Shown here piece after piece: positions 13,001-24,986 of a stretch of DNA of 64,000 bases (the stretch's first letter is position 1; every line of letters starts with the position of its first letter). The notes under the pieces are model-generated. The model was not told the DNA's origin, searched no databases, and saw only the letters and a list, made by a program, of their open reading frames with translations. The position numbers and the translations under genes were made by a program. The stretch comes from Lingula anatina (taxonomy: Eukaryota > Animalia > Brachiopoda), in the NCBI GenBank assembly GCA_051362555.1, contig CM120642.1, positions 23,870,001-23,934,000 on the forward strand. Reading direction: 5' to 3'.

Positions 13001-16000
13001 TGGGTCTTCAAGCCTGTGGAACTTCAAAGTCACACCTTGAAAATGCCAATATGTGAAAAATTAAATTTTCACAAAAAAACTGTTTATCTGGCAGATTGCA
13101 TTGCCTACTGAAGCTGTATTTTAGTCCCATGTTTCTTTCCTGTAAGTTTGAGAACAGTAAGTGACATGGTTTTTCTTAAAAGGTAATCATGGGAGCAGTG
13201 CCCAAAATAGGTTTTTTTCAAATTTTGATGCAATATTACATAATGTTTAACAGCATAATGACCATCAATTTTTAATAATAAAATATTAGTATCATGGATA
13301 TTCAGAAAATGTGACTAGCAAAGGTCTTCAGGCCCATGGAACTTCAAAGTCACAACTTGAAAATGCCAAAATGTAAACAAGACAGCACTGTTCTGAAATG
13401 TTTTTTTTCCCCATTTTTAACAATTTTTAACATAAAACAAAATTAACAGTTTACTGCCATTTTTATATGATCAACTAAGAAAATTGATAAGATGAGAAAA
13501 GTATCAATAGAGCAGTGTTAAATGTCCAATTTCTTCCATTCTGAGATTCTGAACATAGTGAATGATTGAATCTGACAAATTGCATTTTTGAAACTTTATT
13601 ACACAATACATGATAACAAGTTTACCATCATTTTTACAAAATCAACTAACAATGTTGTAAAGATGCAGGAAATGTCAAACAAACACTTTCACGTATCTTA
13701 TTAGTTTAATAATGCGACTGTTAACATGCCTAAAAATTGAATCTGAGGAAATGTGAAAAAACAGCATAACTAGTAAAATGGTGGCCCGATCATGCCGATT
13801 TTCGAACTTGACCTGCGTTTTAGTAAGATTGATTACTCCTGTGAGTTTCATGACAACAGGTCTATGGGTTTTCCTTGAAATGTGTTAACAGTGTTGCATA
13901 TATGCTGAAAAGTGAAAAAACAGCATAACTAGTAAAATGGTGGCCCGATCATGCCGATTTTCGAACTTGACCTGCGTTTTAGTAAGATTGATTACTCCTG
14001 TGAGTTTCATGACAACAGGCCTATCGGTTATCCTTGAAATGTGTTAACAGTGTTGCATATATGCTAAAAAGTGAAAAAACAGCATAAATTCTACAATAAT
14101 GGCCCGATCATGCTGATTTTCGAACTTGACCTGCGTTTTATGAATATTAGTCAGCTCTGTAAATATAAAGCCAAAAAGTAAAACTGTCTTCCACTTATGG
14201 TGTTAACGCTGAAAGTGCACGGCGACGGCCACAGCGACAGCGACATGATCGGCGACGGCGACGACAGACGCAGGTGATGGCAATATGTACAGACACATCT
14301 GTGTCTGTACATAAAAATCACACAAAGAATCTGTTAACTCTGATAACGAACAATGGATAACCTAAGATCACAAATAGTTTATTGCTTATTCAAGCAAAGT
14401 ACAGTGCATTATGAGTGGCAAACACGCATTACTGAGACACATTTTCTTCACCCATTTTCGGTGCTTCATTGCGTAACGTAAGTGTTGCTAGTAATCCATT
14501 ATTGCTGTTTTTACAGACGGTTAAATTTTAAACGCACGGAATACAGTGTAGCAGCTTAATTTAAGACAAAACTAAAAAAAAAGTAATTCAATTTCGATGA
14601 TTGAGTTTTCGAGAACAAGAGAACATGAATACGGTATCACCGCGTCACCATGTTCAATATGACCTTTAGTCCCCCATGTGAAACAGACGCAAAACGAAAG
14701 TTCAGACGAAGTCACCCTACTTATAGAATGGTAAAAATCAATCGGTACACAAATATGTTGAAACAATTGAAGAAAAATGAAACGAAACTCATTATTTCTC
14801 ACCTTCATACAAAGAAGATCCCAATAAACAATCCTGTGACGGTTAAATCGAGGGAATTACACCTGTGCCCTGCATCCTATCTCGACAGCGTCATTGCGTA
14901 ACATGTTATCAGAATGGGCCACCCGCCAGTTTGAGCTGGTTTTTTTAGTGTGTAAAAGAAGCCATTCGTGTGTAGACGTCATCAGTTAGTGAGTATGGAA
15001 GAAGATCGCTATCGATGTATAATTTTCACGAGGCATTTTAAAGTCGTCTGATAAGAATCGATCTCTGAAGTTTCAGCGTTGCGAACGTAATATTGGGACG
15101 CGGTGAAGAAATATCGACCTTGCTGAGCAATAAATGTGAAATTCTTAAGAAAACTGATATTATCATGGATTTCGTGACACAAACTAACCGAAATACTACT
15201 TTGGACGATTGAACAGTTTTAATACGGAAAGATAGGATTAGATGAAATTTTCATCGGGGTGGGACACCGCATGTATCGTAAGTTAAGCTAATTTTGTGAT
15301 TATTTTTCAGTGACTTCAAATAAATTTTTATTTAAATAAGCATTTGCACATTCTGTTTATTATATCTTCTTGCAGTAGGTGTATTCCCTGCTTCAATAAT
15401 TCATTCAAACCCTAAACAAACTGTTCCTAAACAGAGGTAGGGTCGAAATTCCACAAAAAAAGACGCCATTTTGAGGGTAATTTCGATATATTTTCTGCTT
15501 TTTCTCTTCTTTTGCTTTTATAACAATATCCTCCTTGCTCATGCAGCTTCTTTGATTTGTTATTGAAACATACACAACGATGTCATGAGAATTTGGTCGG
15601 CTATCTAAATTTAAATAACATTCTTGTTATAGTCCCCCCGCAGTGCACCACTAGCAAAGAATGACTGATCTATTTGTAAAACCATTACAAAATGTAAAGA
15701 TTGTACAAAAAGATATAATAGTGTCTTCATATTTTCATGAAAGGACTGACAAAAAGATTGTATATATTCATGGGTAAATGTTCACTTATCTAATCTTATA
15801 GGCAACTAGTTTGTGGGAATTAGCTACACTTAAACATTATTTTTAAACTGACCATTAAGCCCAATAAAGACCAAATGATAGGTGTCCTCAAATAAAAAGT
15901 CAAATCATGCACATCTTACCCCAATCTCAAATGATGCTTGACATTGGTCTTCTGAATGATTTTCTTTACATCGTAGTAGTCCGGAAAAATGTGCTTCTTA

Positions 16001-19000
16001 TTGATAAACCTTTCAATTGCTTTGTTTAACTCAGCATATCTACTACCTATCAAAATATGGTGAGAATTACACAAAAATCAAATATATATGTTAAAACATC
16101 CTTTAATGTTGGTGATGAATTAATAATTTATTTCAAAATATGTTAACCCCATAGAGCCCGTCACCGCATATGTGCGGTTCAATTATCGCTTACCCCAAAC
16201 GCCCAGAACCGCATATGTGCGTATCTTGGAAATATCGTCTTCTGTACTCTTTTGTATCGTGAGTCATGAAATGATATATAGTTTAACATCCGGGTATGTT
16301 TCTTGTCTCTCATTGCCACCATTTTTAAAGGCGATAGAAATATATATGAGCGAGAAAACGGCGATTTTCAAGACTTAGTTGGAGAAAGTAAAATCAAGAT
16401 GGCGGCTCCTCGCTACGGTAGGGACCTGCGAAGGGATACTGTTATTGAAATGATTGAAAATCCGGACTTTGAAGAGAAGTTTTCGTGTGACAGTAACATA
16501 GACAGTGGCGTTGATATTCATTTATTTATGATATAAAGGACGATTGAAATATGTATGAGCGAGAAATCGGCGATTTTCTAGACCTAGCTGGTGAAAGTAA
16601 AATCAAAATGGCGACTTCTCACTACGGAAGGGGCCTGCGAATGAATACTGTTATTGAAATGATTGAAAACTACGACACTGATAAGGTGTTTTCGAGTGAC
16701 AGTGATATAGACAGTGGGGATGATATTCCTTTATTCATGATATAAGTTTTAAAGATGTTTTTGACATAGATGGTGTAAAAATTTGACTTCTATTCAGCTC
16801 TGGCCACGATGTTCAGGTGAGCTGAAAAGCTGGTATACCTGATAGCAAAACGATCATAACTTGAAAATTGATAGAGATAAATTGCTGAAATTTCCTGGAT
16901 TGAAAGTTATTATAATTGACATCATCCCTGTGAATTTTCAGGCAAATGTATGTAGAAATAAAAAATTGATGTGCATAAGATAAATCAACTTTGTTTTATT
17001 TTACCCATTACCAAATGAAAATGTAGTTTTTAACCGGCTATAACTTTTGATACTGCATGTTAAATACAAATGTAATTCTATTTTCATTTAGCCTGAAATA
17101 TTGGCTTTTTAAAAATGTATACTTTGTATGGGTAATAAAGGCAAACAAATAAATTATGACCAATTTACTGAGGTGACCCGGCTTTTCAAGGCTAGCTCAC
17201 AGAATTAATTGGGCACAGCAGAGCTTTATGGGTCAGCATTAACTGGATCCTATGGGGTTAACTTGGTTTTCTACATACAATACTTGGATCATTATAATTA
17301 TGAACATGTAAAATTAAATAAATAAATAAATACCCTCATATCTAAACTTGAGCTCTGTGGGGCGCCCTGTGGCTGGTGCTCTCCCCTTAAGATCACAAAT
17401 CTTGTTCCAAACTTTAACAAATCTCTTCTGCAACCTTTCCTCTTGCAAATAAGCGGAGTCCTCATCATCCAAAGCATCTAGATCTAGCTCTTTCTCCTGT
17501 AACTTTTTTATTGTTTTACTGATATCCTGTAAAGAAAGGGAGAAAAATTATTTCATTTTATATAACTTGAAGAGACATACAAATACAATAAACTGAAAAA
17601 TGTTTTCACACTGCTCACAGACTCGCCTCTCAGTCATAGTATATAAAAGACTTTCTACAAATATCTATAATCCCAAATCTACTTCACAAAATACTGTCAT
17701 GTTCATTCCAGTTTTAAGGGTGGTGGTAGTATTACCAGCTTTATCAACAACAAATCACACTCAGGGAAATTGGTGAAAAAATTCTACAAACTAGAGGATC
17801 AGAGAGGCGATACCGCCTCCGGATATTGTACCACCAGCTGGAGTAAGCGCATTCGTATGGACCCCCCCCCCCCCAAAAAAAAAAAAAAGGGACACCATCA
17901 CCAGTCTTGTGCTTGACAAGGTCTATAAAATGCAATCAACAACAGTTCTCAAAATATGCCAAAAAATATGAATAAAAATGGTACAATCAAGCAGATTTTC
18001 GAACTGACCAGCATTTTCCTACCGCTGATCACTCCTGTGATTCTCTAGACAAAAGGCCTATTGGTTTTCCTTAAAATGTGTTGTCAGTGGTGCATATATG
18101 CTGACAAAAGAGAAAACCTAGGGGCAACACCGGGCACATCTCTGCTAGTTTTGAAGATATGAGGAGCAAGAAAATATGCAAAGCTCAGTTCATGGTGAAA
18201 AAGTAGGTCAAAGTCAATTTCACCATCATAGTATATGAATTTTTATTCAAGTTCAATAGTAACCCTGGGCATTTCTTTTCAAGTTTTGCAGATTTAAAGG
18301 CCAGAAAACATGCAAAAAGCAGTTCATCATAAAAATTAGGTCAAAAGTCAATTTCAAGGTCACAGTTAGATTGCCAGTGTATTACTTCCTATTCCAGCTC
18401 AATAGTAACTATGGACCTTTTTCTGCCAGTTTTGGAGATAAAAGGGAATGGAAATTTGCAAAGTTCAGTTCATGGTAAAAAGTAGGTCAAAGGTTAATTT
18501 TAAGGTCACAGTAAATTGCCAGTATATGACTTCTTATTCAAGTTCAATAGTAACTATGGGCATATCTTTGCCAGTTTTGAAAGTATAAGCATTAAAAAAG
18601 TTGTTAAGTTCAGTTTATGGTGTAAAGTAGGTCAAAGGTCAATTTCAAGGTCACAGATAAATTGCCAGTATATGACTTCCTATTCAAGTTCAATAGTAAC
18701 TATGGACCTATCTCTGCCAGTTTTGGAGAGAAAAGGGAACCAAAATTTGAAAAGTTCAGTTCATGGTAAAAAGTAGGTCAAAGGTCAATTTTAAGGTCAC
18801 AGTAAATTGCCAGTATGTGACTTCCTATTCATCTTCAATAGTAACTATGGACATATCTCTGCCAGTTTTAGAGAGAAAAGGGAACCAAAATTTGCAAAGT
18901 TCAGTTCATGGTGTAAAGTAGGTCAGAGGTCAATTTCACGGTCACAGTTAGATTGCCAGTATATGACTTCCTATTAAAGTTCAATAGTAGCTAATGGCGT

Positions 19001-22000
19001 ATCTCTGCCAGTTTTCGAGATATAAGAGAGAGAAAATTTGCAAAGTTCAGTTCATGGTGTAAAGTAGGTCAGAGGTCAATTTCAGGATCACAGTTAGATT
19101 GCCAGTATATGACTTCCTATTCAAGTTCAACAGTAACTATGGGCATATCTTTGCCAGTTTTGGAGATATAAAAATCAGATAACTTGCAAAGTGCAGTTCA
19201 TCATGAAAAGTAGGTCAAAGGTCAATTTCAAGGTCAGTTAGATTACAAGTATATGACTTCCTATTCAAGCTCAATAGTAACTATGGGCGTATCTCTGCTA
19301 ATTTTGTAGTATTTCACATTTTATTTTCACCACTAAATATTGGAAGTTGAACTGTCGATATAGTCCAATGCCTAAGCCGTATCGAAAACAAGAAACCGAC
19401 ATCACCTTCAGTGTTGCGCTTGACAAGCTCTACAAAATGCAAAAAACAAGAGGTCTCTGGCATTAACAGTTCCAGAATTTGAGAGAGTTTTCAGTTTTGG
19501 CATCTAATGGCCGCTACTCCCGTGAAAATGCACCGATTGACCCCAAACTCACGAAGATGAAAGAAGACCCTAAGGGTAACACCTTTCCATAATATTATAA
19601 GTTAGATCTGTGAAGTTTCTGAAAATCGGCATAAAATAATAATTTTTTTGCAAAAAATTCCCATTTTTAGAAAATTTTGGCCCGTTTGACCTTGAAATAA
19701 AGGTCAAAGGTCAAATCCAAGGGCATATTTGAAATCTCCACATATGACTTTCGGTCAGCCATCTGTAGAAATTTTTCACATAATTCCTTCGGTATGGGGG
19801 ATATTTAGCATTGAATTTTCAAAAATTTTGACAAGGGTGCATTATAACGAGTGTCACGCCCAGACCAATGCACCGACTGAGACAAAAAAACCAGGGGGTT
19901 CAAGTTGAGATTATATGTGACCAAAATCCAAGAGATGGGGACACAGGTCCTTGCGGTCTAGGAGGAGAAGCGGTAACGGTGCCTTGTATCCCACGCCATC
20001 CTGCAGAGCCGCAGGAGCCGGCGGAGCCGCAGGAGCCGCAGGAGCCGGCGGAGCTGTACGAGACGGGTCGGGACTAAAACCATGAGTACCGCCAGCGTAC
20101 ACGCTGGTGGTACTAATTATAAAAAACGTCAGTTCCCCCATCCCCTTTTATCTCCTTTTTTTCACCCTGAAGATATCAATATTTCTATGCAGGCTCATAG
20201 ATATTTTAACAGGTCTTCCACTTGTAAGAAATTAAACAAACCAGCTGTCATATAGCTGCCCTCTGATAGAAGAGGTTGTCTGGACAGCTAGCTGGCTAAA
20301 CCTTTGCTTTCACATAAATTATTATGCGCAGGAACCAGTAGATACCTCCAGTAATTTTTCCAGTTTCTGTATCTGTCTCCCAGAGCCAGTCTTTTTTTCC
20401 CTGCCTCTTTCACCAGCACCAGGTCCACTTGTCTTGTTAGCACCACTGGTTGCCACACCATTATCTTTATGAGCAGAAGTATGATTAGAGTCTTCAGCAC
20501 CACTGGTCCAGGAATCCAAACCAGCTCCATGCCCAGCACCGGGATTTTTATTTGTGAACAGATTATCAGACTGATAACTGCTCTCACCTTCAGATACAGA
20601 AGTTTGTATTTCAAGAGCTGAATGTCGTTTTAAATCATTTCCTCTAGAAACAATCTCTGAATGAGCTGTCCCAGGTAAAGTCAATTTCTTCACATTTGCC
20701 TTCTCTTCCTCACTGTTTAAATCCTCAGCCTTTCTTTTTTTACTCGACAAAGGTCTTTCTTGCTTTCTTTTATATGCTTTAAGTTCATTGGCCAATTCAA
20801 TGAGATGCACATAAATGCGTTTAGGCTCACTCTCAATTTTGGCCCTTGTTATGGCGACACGGTCACAAAATTCATCCATTTGAGTGTAGGAAGAACTGGC
20901 AGCACTGTGCCGTTTTTTCAAAAATTCTATTATTTTCTTGTCATCTTTTACATGTTCTTTACATACAGACAGCAGCTGAAAATGGGTAAAAAGTAATAAA
21001 TGATACGTATGACATTTAATCTGACCTGTTTTTCACTCAGCATGTGAAACAGTATAACAAATGTAATATACAATACTGTTCAGCTGTTCTTCTTATAAAG
21101 ACATTTAACAAAGATGGAGAGTCTTTCCTTATAAATGAAAAATGTTAATGTCATTATCATTAATATACTTCAAAATATCCACCTTTTGTTTTTACTCAGT
21201 GCCAATTCTTAGGCTTACCTCCTCAAATGCTTCATCTGCTTTACTTTTGATTTGGGCCTGGAAAAAGAAATACACCCATTATTTATTTGCACTTTGTCTC
21301 ATATTTTCTATTTTCACTGACCTTGCTAGATAACAAGACATTATAATTATTATTAAAATATTATTATTATTATTTGAATGAGTTAATTTTGCAGGCACTA
21401 TTGTTCTGAGTAGATAAAGTTTCTCATTTTTTTACCGTGAACTGCCATAAAAACTGTCAATCCATTCTTAGACTGCTTGCCTAGTCTAAACTTATGCACC
21501 AGGAACAAGCATACCTTGACAGGTGATTGAAAATAGTTGTTACTTCATCTTGGGTACTGTTTTGAAGATCAAGGAAAATTTTCAAGTGAAGATTTTTAAG
21601 GGCAGTCTTTCTAAATTATTTTTTTTAATTTAGCAAAGTTTGGCAAAACAAAATATATACCATGTAGAAGAACAAAGACAAAGGTTTTTTGATCAGCATG
21701 TCTATTTGTCCAAATATTTTATTTTCTTATTTTCTTTTTTTGTTATCCACCCCTTCTTTTCCCCCATTTAGCCAAATTAAAAGATCACTCTCTACTGAAT
21801 ACATGTTAAGAGATATATTGTATCAATTTGTATTTCCCCCTACTACAAGCACATGTGGACCCAAATATCTATCACTCTGCCTACTTCACAAACATACAAC
21901 TCAGCTTGGGAAAATGCTAAAACCAAAATTTTTTTGAGTGTTCGTATGTAGCTCAACTTCTTATGTGGTAAAGTTCAAGTTTTTATGACATTATTTAGGG

Positions 22001-24986
22001 GGTGACTCATTATTAAAAATGGCATCTGGGAAAAAAAAAAAGAGACAGACAGACATTGTGTCACTAAAACAAGAATAACTTTTGATCTAAATGAGACAAA
22101 TCAAAAAATTTTAAGAGTTTATTCATACTCAAATACATGGCTATCTGTGTACATACCAAACTGCAAGTCTCTACTCTCTAGTTCAATTAGAAAAAAAATT
22201 GTGTGCACACTTCTTTCACTTTCAGCTCGCATGAAACTTCTCAGAAATAGTTGTGTTCTCAATAATTTTGTTAAAAGTTGAGTCACAGGGCCTCGAGGAG
22301 GTCAGAAAAACAGTCCCTGAAAGAATGTTAGAGTCACACTTTTCACGATACCAGTAAAGTTTATAAGCAAAACGCATTCATTGAAAAGTAAACACATTCA
22401 ATTCCTTAAAGCTATTTATTAGAAGAATGTGCTCCTTATAAACTACTTATGTGCCCATCGTAATATATATATGATACGCACATTATTTTTACAAAAATTG
22501 CATAAAACACTATTTGTATCTAAAATAAAGTTATATTTACATTCTTCCAGCCTAAGACTCTACCCAAAATTATCATTGCAACAATAAGTTAGATGTTGAA
22601 GTCACTGTCGCCTGTCTCAAAGCACGAAAATGTGCTTTAGCTTGTGTATAATCAAATTGGGCAAAATGTGGCCCATTTATTGTCATTTTCATAATGTCCT
22701 CCAATTGCACCTCACCTCATCGATTTCTGATCTTTGTTTTATTCAAATTATGAACAGAAAAACCTCTTTCACACGATGCACTATTCAAGGGAATTAAAAT
22801 AGCTATCTGAACAAACACTACAAAATCAGGATAATCATCAGAATAGTTAAGGATCAAATCCTCACAGGATCTGGCAAAGACAAATCTATCTCCGTAAGAG
22901 ACAAATTAAAAATTGGGGTGCTTGAAAGGTAAAAAGTCTCTCCGACATGTCTGTATCCATGACTTGGGAGTACTCTGCAAGGAGGTGATCAAGTTCCTGT
23001 TGTCCATAAGGCCCAATGTCTTGAGGAACATCTGGGAACCTCTTAGGATTTAACTGCACATCAAAGGCATTCATTGTTGCCATACTTGCCAAAGGAAATC
23101 TTTTATCCAAATTCTCAAAGAATCTGTCTGAAAATAAAATTAACATTAAGTAACATAGATTGCACTTTTCCAATCCAAAAAGTATTTTTATAGTTATTTA
23201 AATGAACCCTAGTCAAATATAACCCTGAAATTAATAAAGAAAAAAAGTACTATTATAATCTGATGATCCAACAATATCTAATTTACATGAAATGCTTACT
23301 TTTTTCTGTATTAAATGCATGTTCCTCGGGATCAGTCTTTCTAACGTCTTGCCCTTAATATTGCCCTGTGTTTTGAATTTCGCTCTCCATCTGGGACATT
23401 GTTAACAAAAGATCAGGGTCCTGTCTGTATGTCACCAGAGTTCCTTACTGTGCCCAGGCATCAAGAGGCAGTGTCAAAATCCAGGTTCTCCCACTGAAAG
23501 CATTTAGACAACCTGAAAAACAAAAGATACAGGAAGTTCAAATAATAACTGTCCTTTTTTTCTTAATATACAAGATGTCAAAAATTGAAGCCTCAGAAGG
23601 TGAATAAATATTTATGTTTTAGTGATTATAAATGAGAAAAAAGTTACCCAAACTTCTGATAAACTCGGGGTTTAAAGAACACTTAAATCAAAATTAAGCT
23701 AAAGCATATTTTTACCTTCAACACAATGGCAGGATATCTTTCATGAAACAGGATATAGCCAGGAAAACATTGTCATTGACTTTCCTCGGTAAGCCATAAG
23801 CCACTGGGTTCCGCACAGCATCTTCCTCTAAAACAACAATCACACTTGTCCAGCAATTTAGGATGCTTTCTACTGCCTGCTCCAAAGAGAGCTACCTTAC
23901 TGCCAAGGGCTGCTTCATTGTTAGAAACTCATCATCTTCTAGCATATCAAACACTGCTGTCATTCTGTTGTAACGAACAACAGAGTTCTTGAAGTATAGA
24001 AACAAAGAGTTTATAGTTTCATGGTTAGTGTTAATAGCTGGGATACTGGGAGCAGCTTGGCCCACAGCCAGGGCTTACTTATGTGCCAAGCAAGTTGAAT
24101 CTTCATTTTATCCAGAATTATAATTGCAAACTATAATTAGCCAAGTTTTTGGTTGATGTATAAAGTATGCTATTCTTAATTAATGATTTTTTAACAGGTT
24201 ATTACTTCATTTACTCTTCAAGACATCTGAAACAAGACAATTATGTGCCACATAAAATGTTGAAAAATCTGTTCAAATAGCCTAAAATGCACCAGACTGC
24301 ACCATGATTTAAAAAAATTTCCAGGGGAGCATACCCCCAGACTCCCCCTAGTTTTTGCCGAGACCCAAAATTGGCCTACCACCTCACAGACATTGAAAAC
24401 TAGGGGAAACACTACATTATATTGTAAAATCTAGAGCATCGTGAACCCGTCTAGTCACGCATGTAGCTAGCGCCACCCAAACTAAATGCCAAACTATTAT
24501 TTGCTAATTCAGGAGAAAACGGGGCAGAGCTATGCAAATAACCTAACTAATAATGTGTCATTTCTCGTGAGTGGCAGTTAATATATTCATACTATCTGAC
24601 CTAGAATAGTTGCTCCAGACATTCGTAAGCATGGTAAACTAAGTATTGCTTCAAAAACCACGGTTTATTTTGACTATATCTTCTGTCTAGAGTGAAAATG
24701 TAGATACGGGTTTTATTTTAAATCAGTTGCGTCCGTGGGGCGCAGCTGGGTTGCATATTTTGCGTCCCGCGTTTTAGTGCGTACTTAGAAACTCGGGCGT
24801 CGTAATAGAAACTAGGTTTTTTTCTTATGAATGGTAAAATGTATTAAGTCGTTCACGAAAGAACCAGATCACATTGAAAATCGTACAATAAAGTTTGAGA
24901 GTGCTTACTCTTCCCACCTGCGTTCTACTAGTGGAATCCTCATCTTCATCAGACACCAAAACAACATCCTCCTTTGGCCCCGCCAT
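4790..24986 (-). CDS. DAXX: Death domain-associated protein 6 (DAXX, H3.3 chaperone) orthologue; 9 coding exons, ~2,232 aa
   Basis: Exons joined by hand, all GT-AG with consistent phases: 24986-24909 (or -24918), 21257-21219, 20975-20346, 17526-17334, 16046-15920, 11699-11580, 11370-11283, 10975-10660, 9897-4790 (sum 6699 nt). The translation has an N-terminal SIM (DVVLVSDEDED), a helical bundle (..RIYVHLIELANELKAY), the histone-binding domain (LQEKELDLDALDDEDSAYLQE, FPDYYDV, DVGNLLQERR..NFGCHLT, DPALYD..RRRLEEN), an acidic tract and a C-terminal SIM (EAVIVLSD*). These match DAXX motifs as I recall them. Confidence 0.95.
8768..9093 (-). repeat. In-frame tandem duplication, 2 x 162 nt (54 aa), inside the DAXX terminal exon
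   Basis: SNDY(S/T)VITNQFSSA..PHSLEDIFAE..TEKSPS occurs twice; actggaaggtg at 8768 and 8930. Confidence 0.95.
9969..10068. repeat. Two (TA)n microsatellites ~40 bp apart
   Basis: Direct reading. Confidence 0.95.
10660..10975 (-). CDS. DAXX: DAXX exon 8 (VINKFARKQY plus acidic tract)
   Basis: 316 nt, phase 0-1; D/E-rich; includes ORF 10649..10840. Confidence 0.9.
11283..11370 (-). CDS. DAXX: DAXX exon 7 (EHEDPALYDCALRRRLEENRKVSKSKLEE)
   Basis: 88 nt, phase 2-0; lies within ORF 11232..11510. Confidence 0.92.
11580..11699 (-). CDS. DAXX: DAXX exon 6 (LAKEIFTDVGNLLQERRIKDFTSNFGCHLTENY)
   Basis: 120 nt, phase 2-2; NFGCHLT signature. Confidence 0.93.
12533..14317 (-). mobile_element. Non-autonomous Helentron/HINE (DINE-1-like) element in DAXX intron 5
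   Basis: One end has a perfect 14-bp hairpin TATGTACAGACACA-tc-TGTGTCTGTACATA (14284-14313) next to a GGCGAC microsatellite. The other end has the same subTIR ATGTACAGACA (~12556), a short stem-loop GCAGC-aaa-GCTGT and AACAAG. Internal ~300-bp and 159-bp repeats are present. Confidence 0.8.
13753..14140. repeat. 159-bp tandem repeat, ~2.5 copies
   Basis: gtgaaaaaacagcata at 13753, 13912 and 14071. Confidence 0.93.
15920..16046 (-). CDS. DAXX: DAXX exon 5 (GSRYAELNKAIERFINKKHIFPDYYDVKK..)
   Basis: 127 nt, phase 1-2; ttttgatag acceptor and GTAAGA donor. Confidence 0.92.
16147..17257 (+). mobile_element. Non-autonomous piggyBac-type element in DAXX intron 4
   Basis: TTAA|CCCCATAG...CTATGGGG|TTAA; subterminal ACCGCATATGTGCG twice; internal 209-bp duplication. 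Confidence 0.82.
17334..17526 (-). CDS. DAXX: DAXX exon 4 (histone-binding domain, DISKTIKKLQEKELDL..TGRPTELKFRYE)
   Basis: 193 nt, phase 0-1; strongly DAXX-like translation; not in the ORF track. Confidence 0.93.
17788..20126 (-). mobile_element. Non-autonomous Helentron/HINE element with internal satellite in DAXX intron 3
   Basis: Terminal hairpin AGTACCGCCAGCGT-ac-ACGCTGGTGGTACT (20085-20114) beside a GCCGCAGGA microsatellite. A matching subTIR GTACCACCAGC (17828-17838) and stem-loop GAGGCG-atac-CGCCTC (17804-17819) mark the other end. Confidence 0.8.
18130..19300. repeat. ~145-146-bp satellite array, ~8 copies
   Basis: aagtaggtca anchor at 18201, ~18334, 18480, 18625, 18771, 18916, 19062 and 19208. 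Confidence 0.95.
20346..20975 (-). CDS. DAXX: DAXX exon 3 (helical bundle and linker, to RQIQKLEKLLE)
   Basis: Overlaps ORF 20322..20921; 630 nt; AG/GT flanks. Confidence 0.93.
21219..21257 (-). CDS. DAXX: DAXX exon 2 (AQIKSKADEAFEE)
   Basis: tttctttttccag acceptor and GTAAGC donor; 39 nt, phase 0-0; leads into helix 1 of the helical bundle. Confidence 0.85.
22570..24414 (-). pseudogene. Decayed, intron-containing hAT transposase (ZNF862-like) in DAXX intron 1
   Basis: Minus-strand translation gives CLAHK*ALA (CxxH, ~24090), AVR*LSLEQAV (RW motif mutated to a stop) and the hAT dimerisation motif IPLNSASCERGFS (~22756-22795). A possible terminus TAGTGTTTCCCCTAG lies at 24414. Confidence 0.8.
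24909..24986 (-). CDS. DAXX: DAXX exon 1 (MAGPKEDVVLVSDEDEDSTSRTQVGR)
   Basis: Start context aacATGG; SIM plus acidic run; GTAAGC donor at 24908, with a second in-phase donor GTGGGA at 24917. Confidence 0.88.

Noticed and set aside
18130-19300. Regular repeat array considered as a CRISPR-like array
   Set aside because: Whole ~146-bp monomers repeat with no unique spacers; the context is a eukaryotic intron inside a HINE element, with no cas genes.
19868-20141. ORFs with PAEPQE / PAPAA repeats
   Set aside because: Translation of the GCCGCAGGA microsatellite of the HINE element.
22886-23173. 95-aa ORF as a domesticated functional ZNF862-like gene nested in DAXX
   Set aside because: Neighbouring transposase segments carry in-frame stops (including at the conserved W) and frameshifts, so it is a pseudogene.
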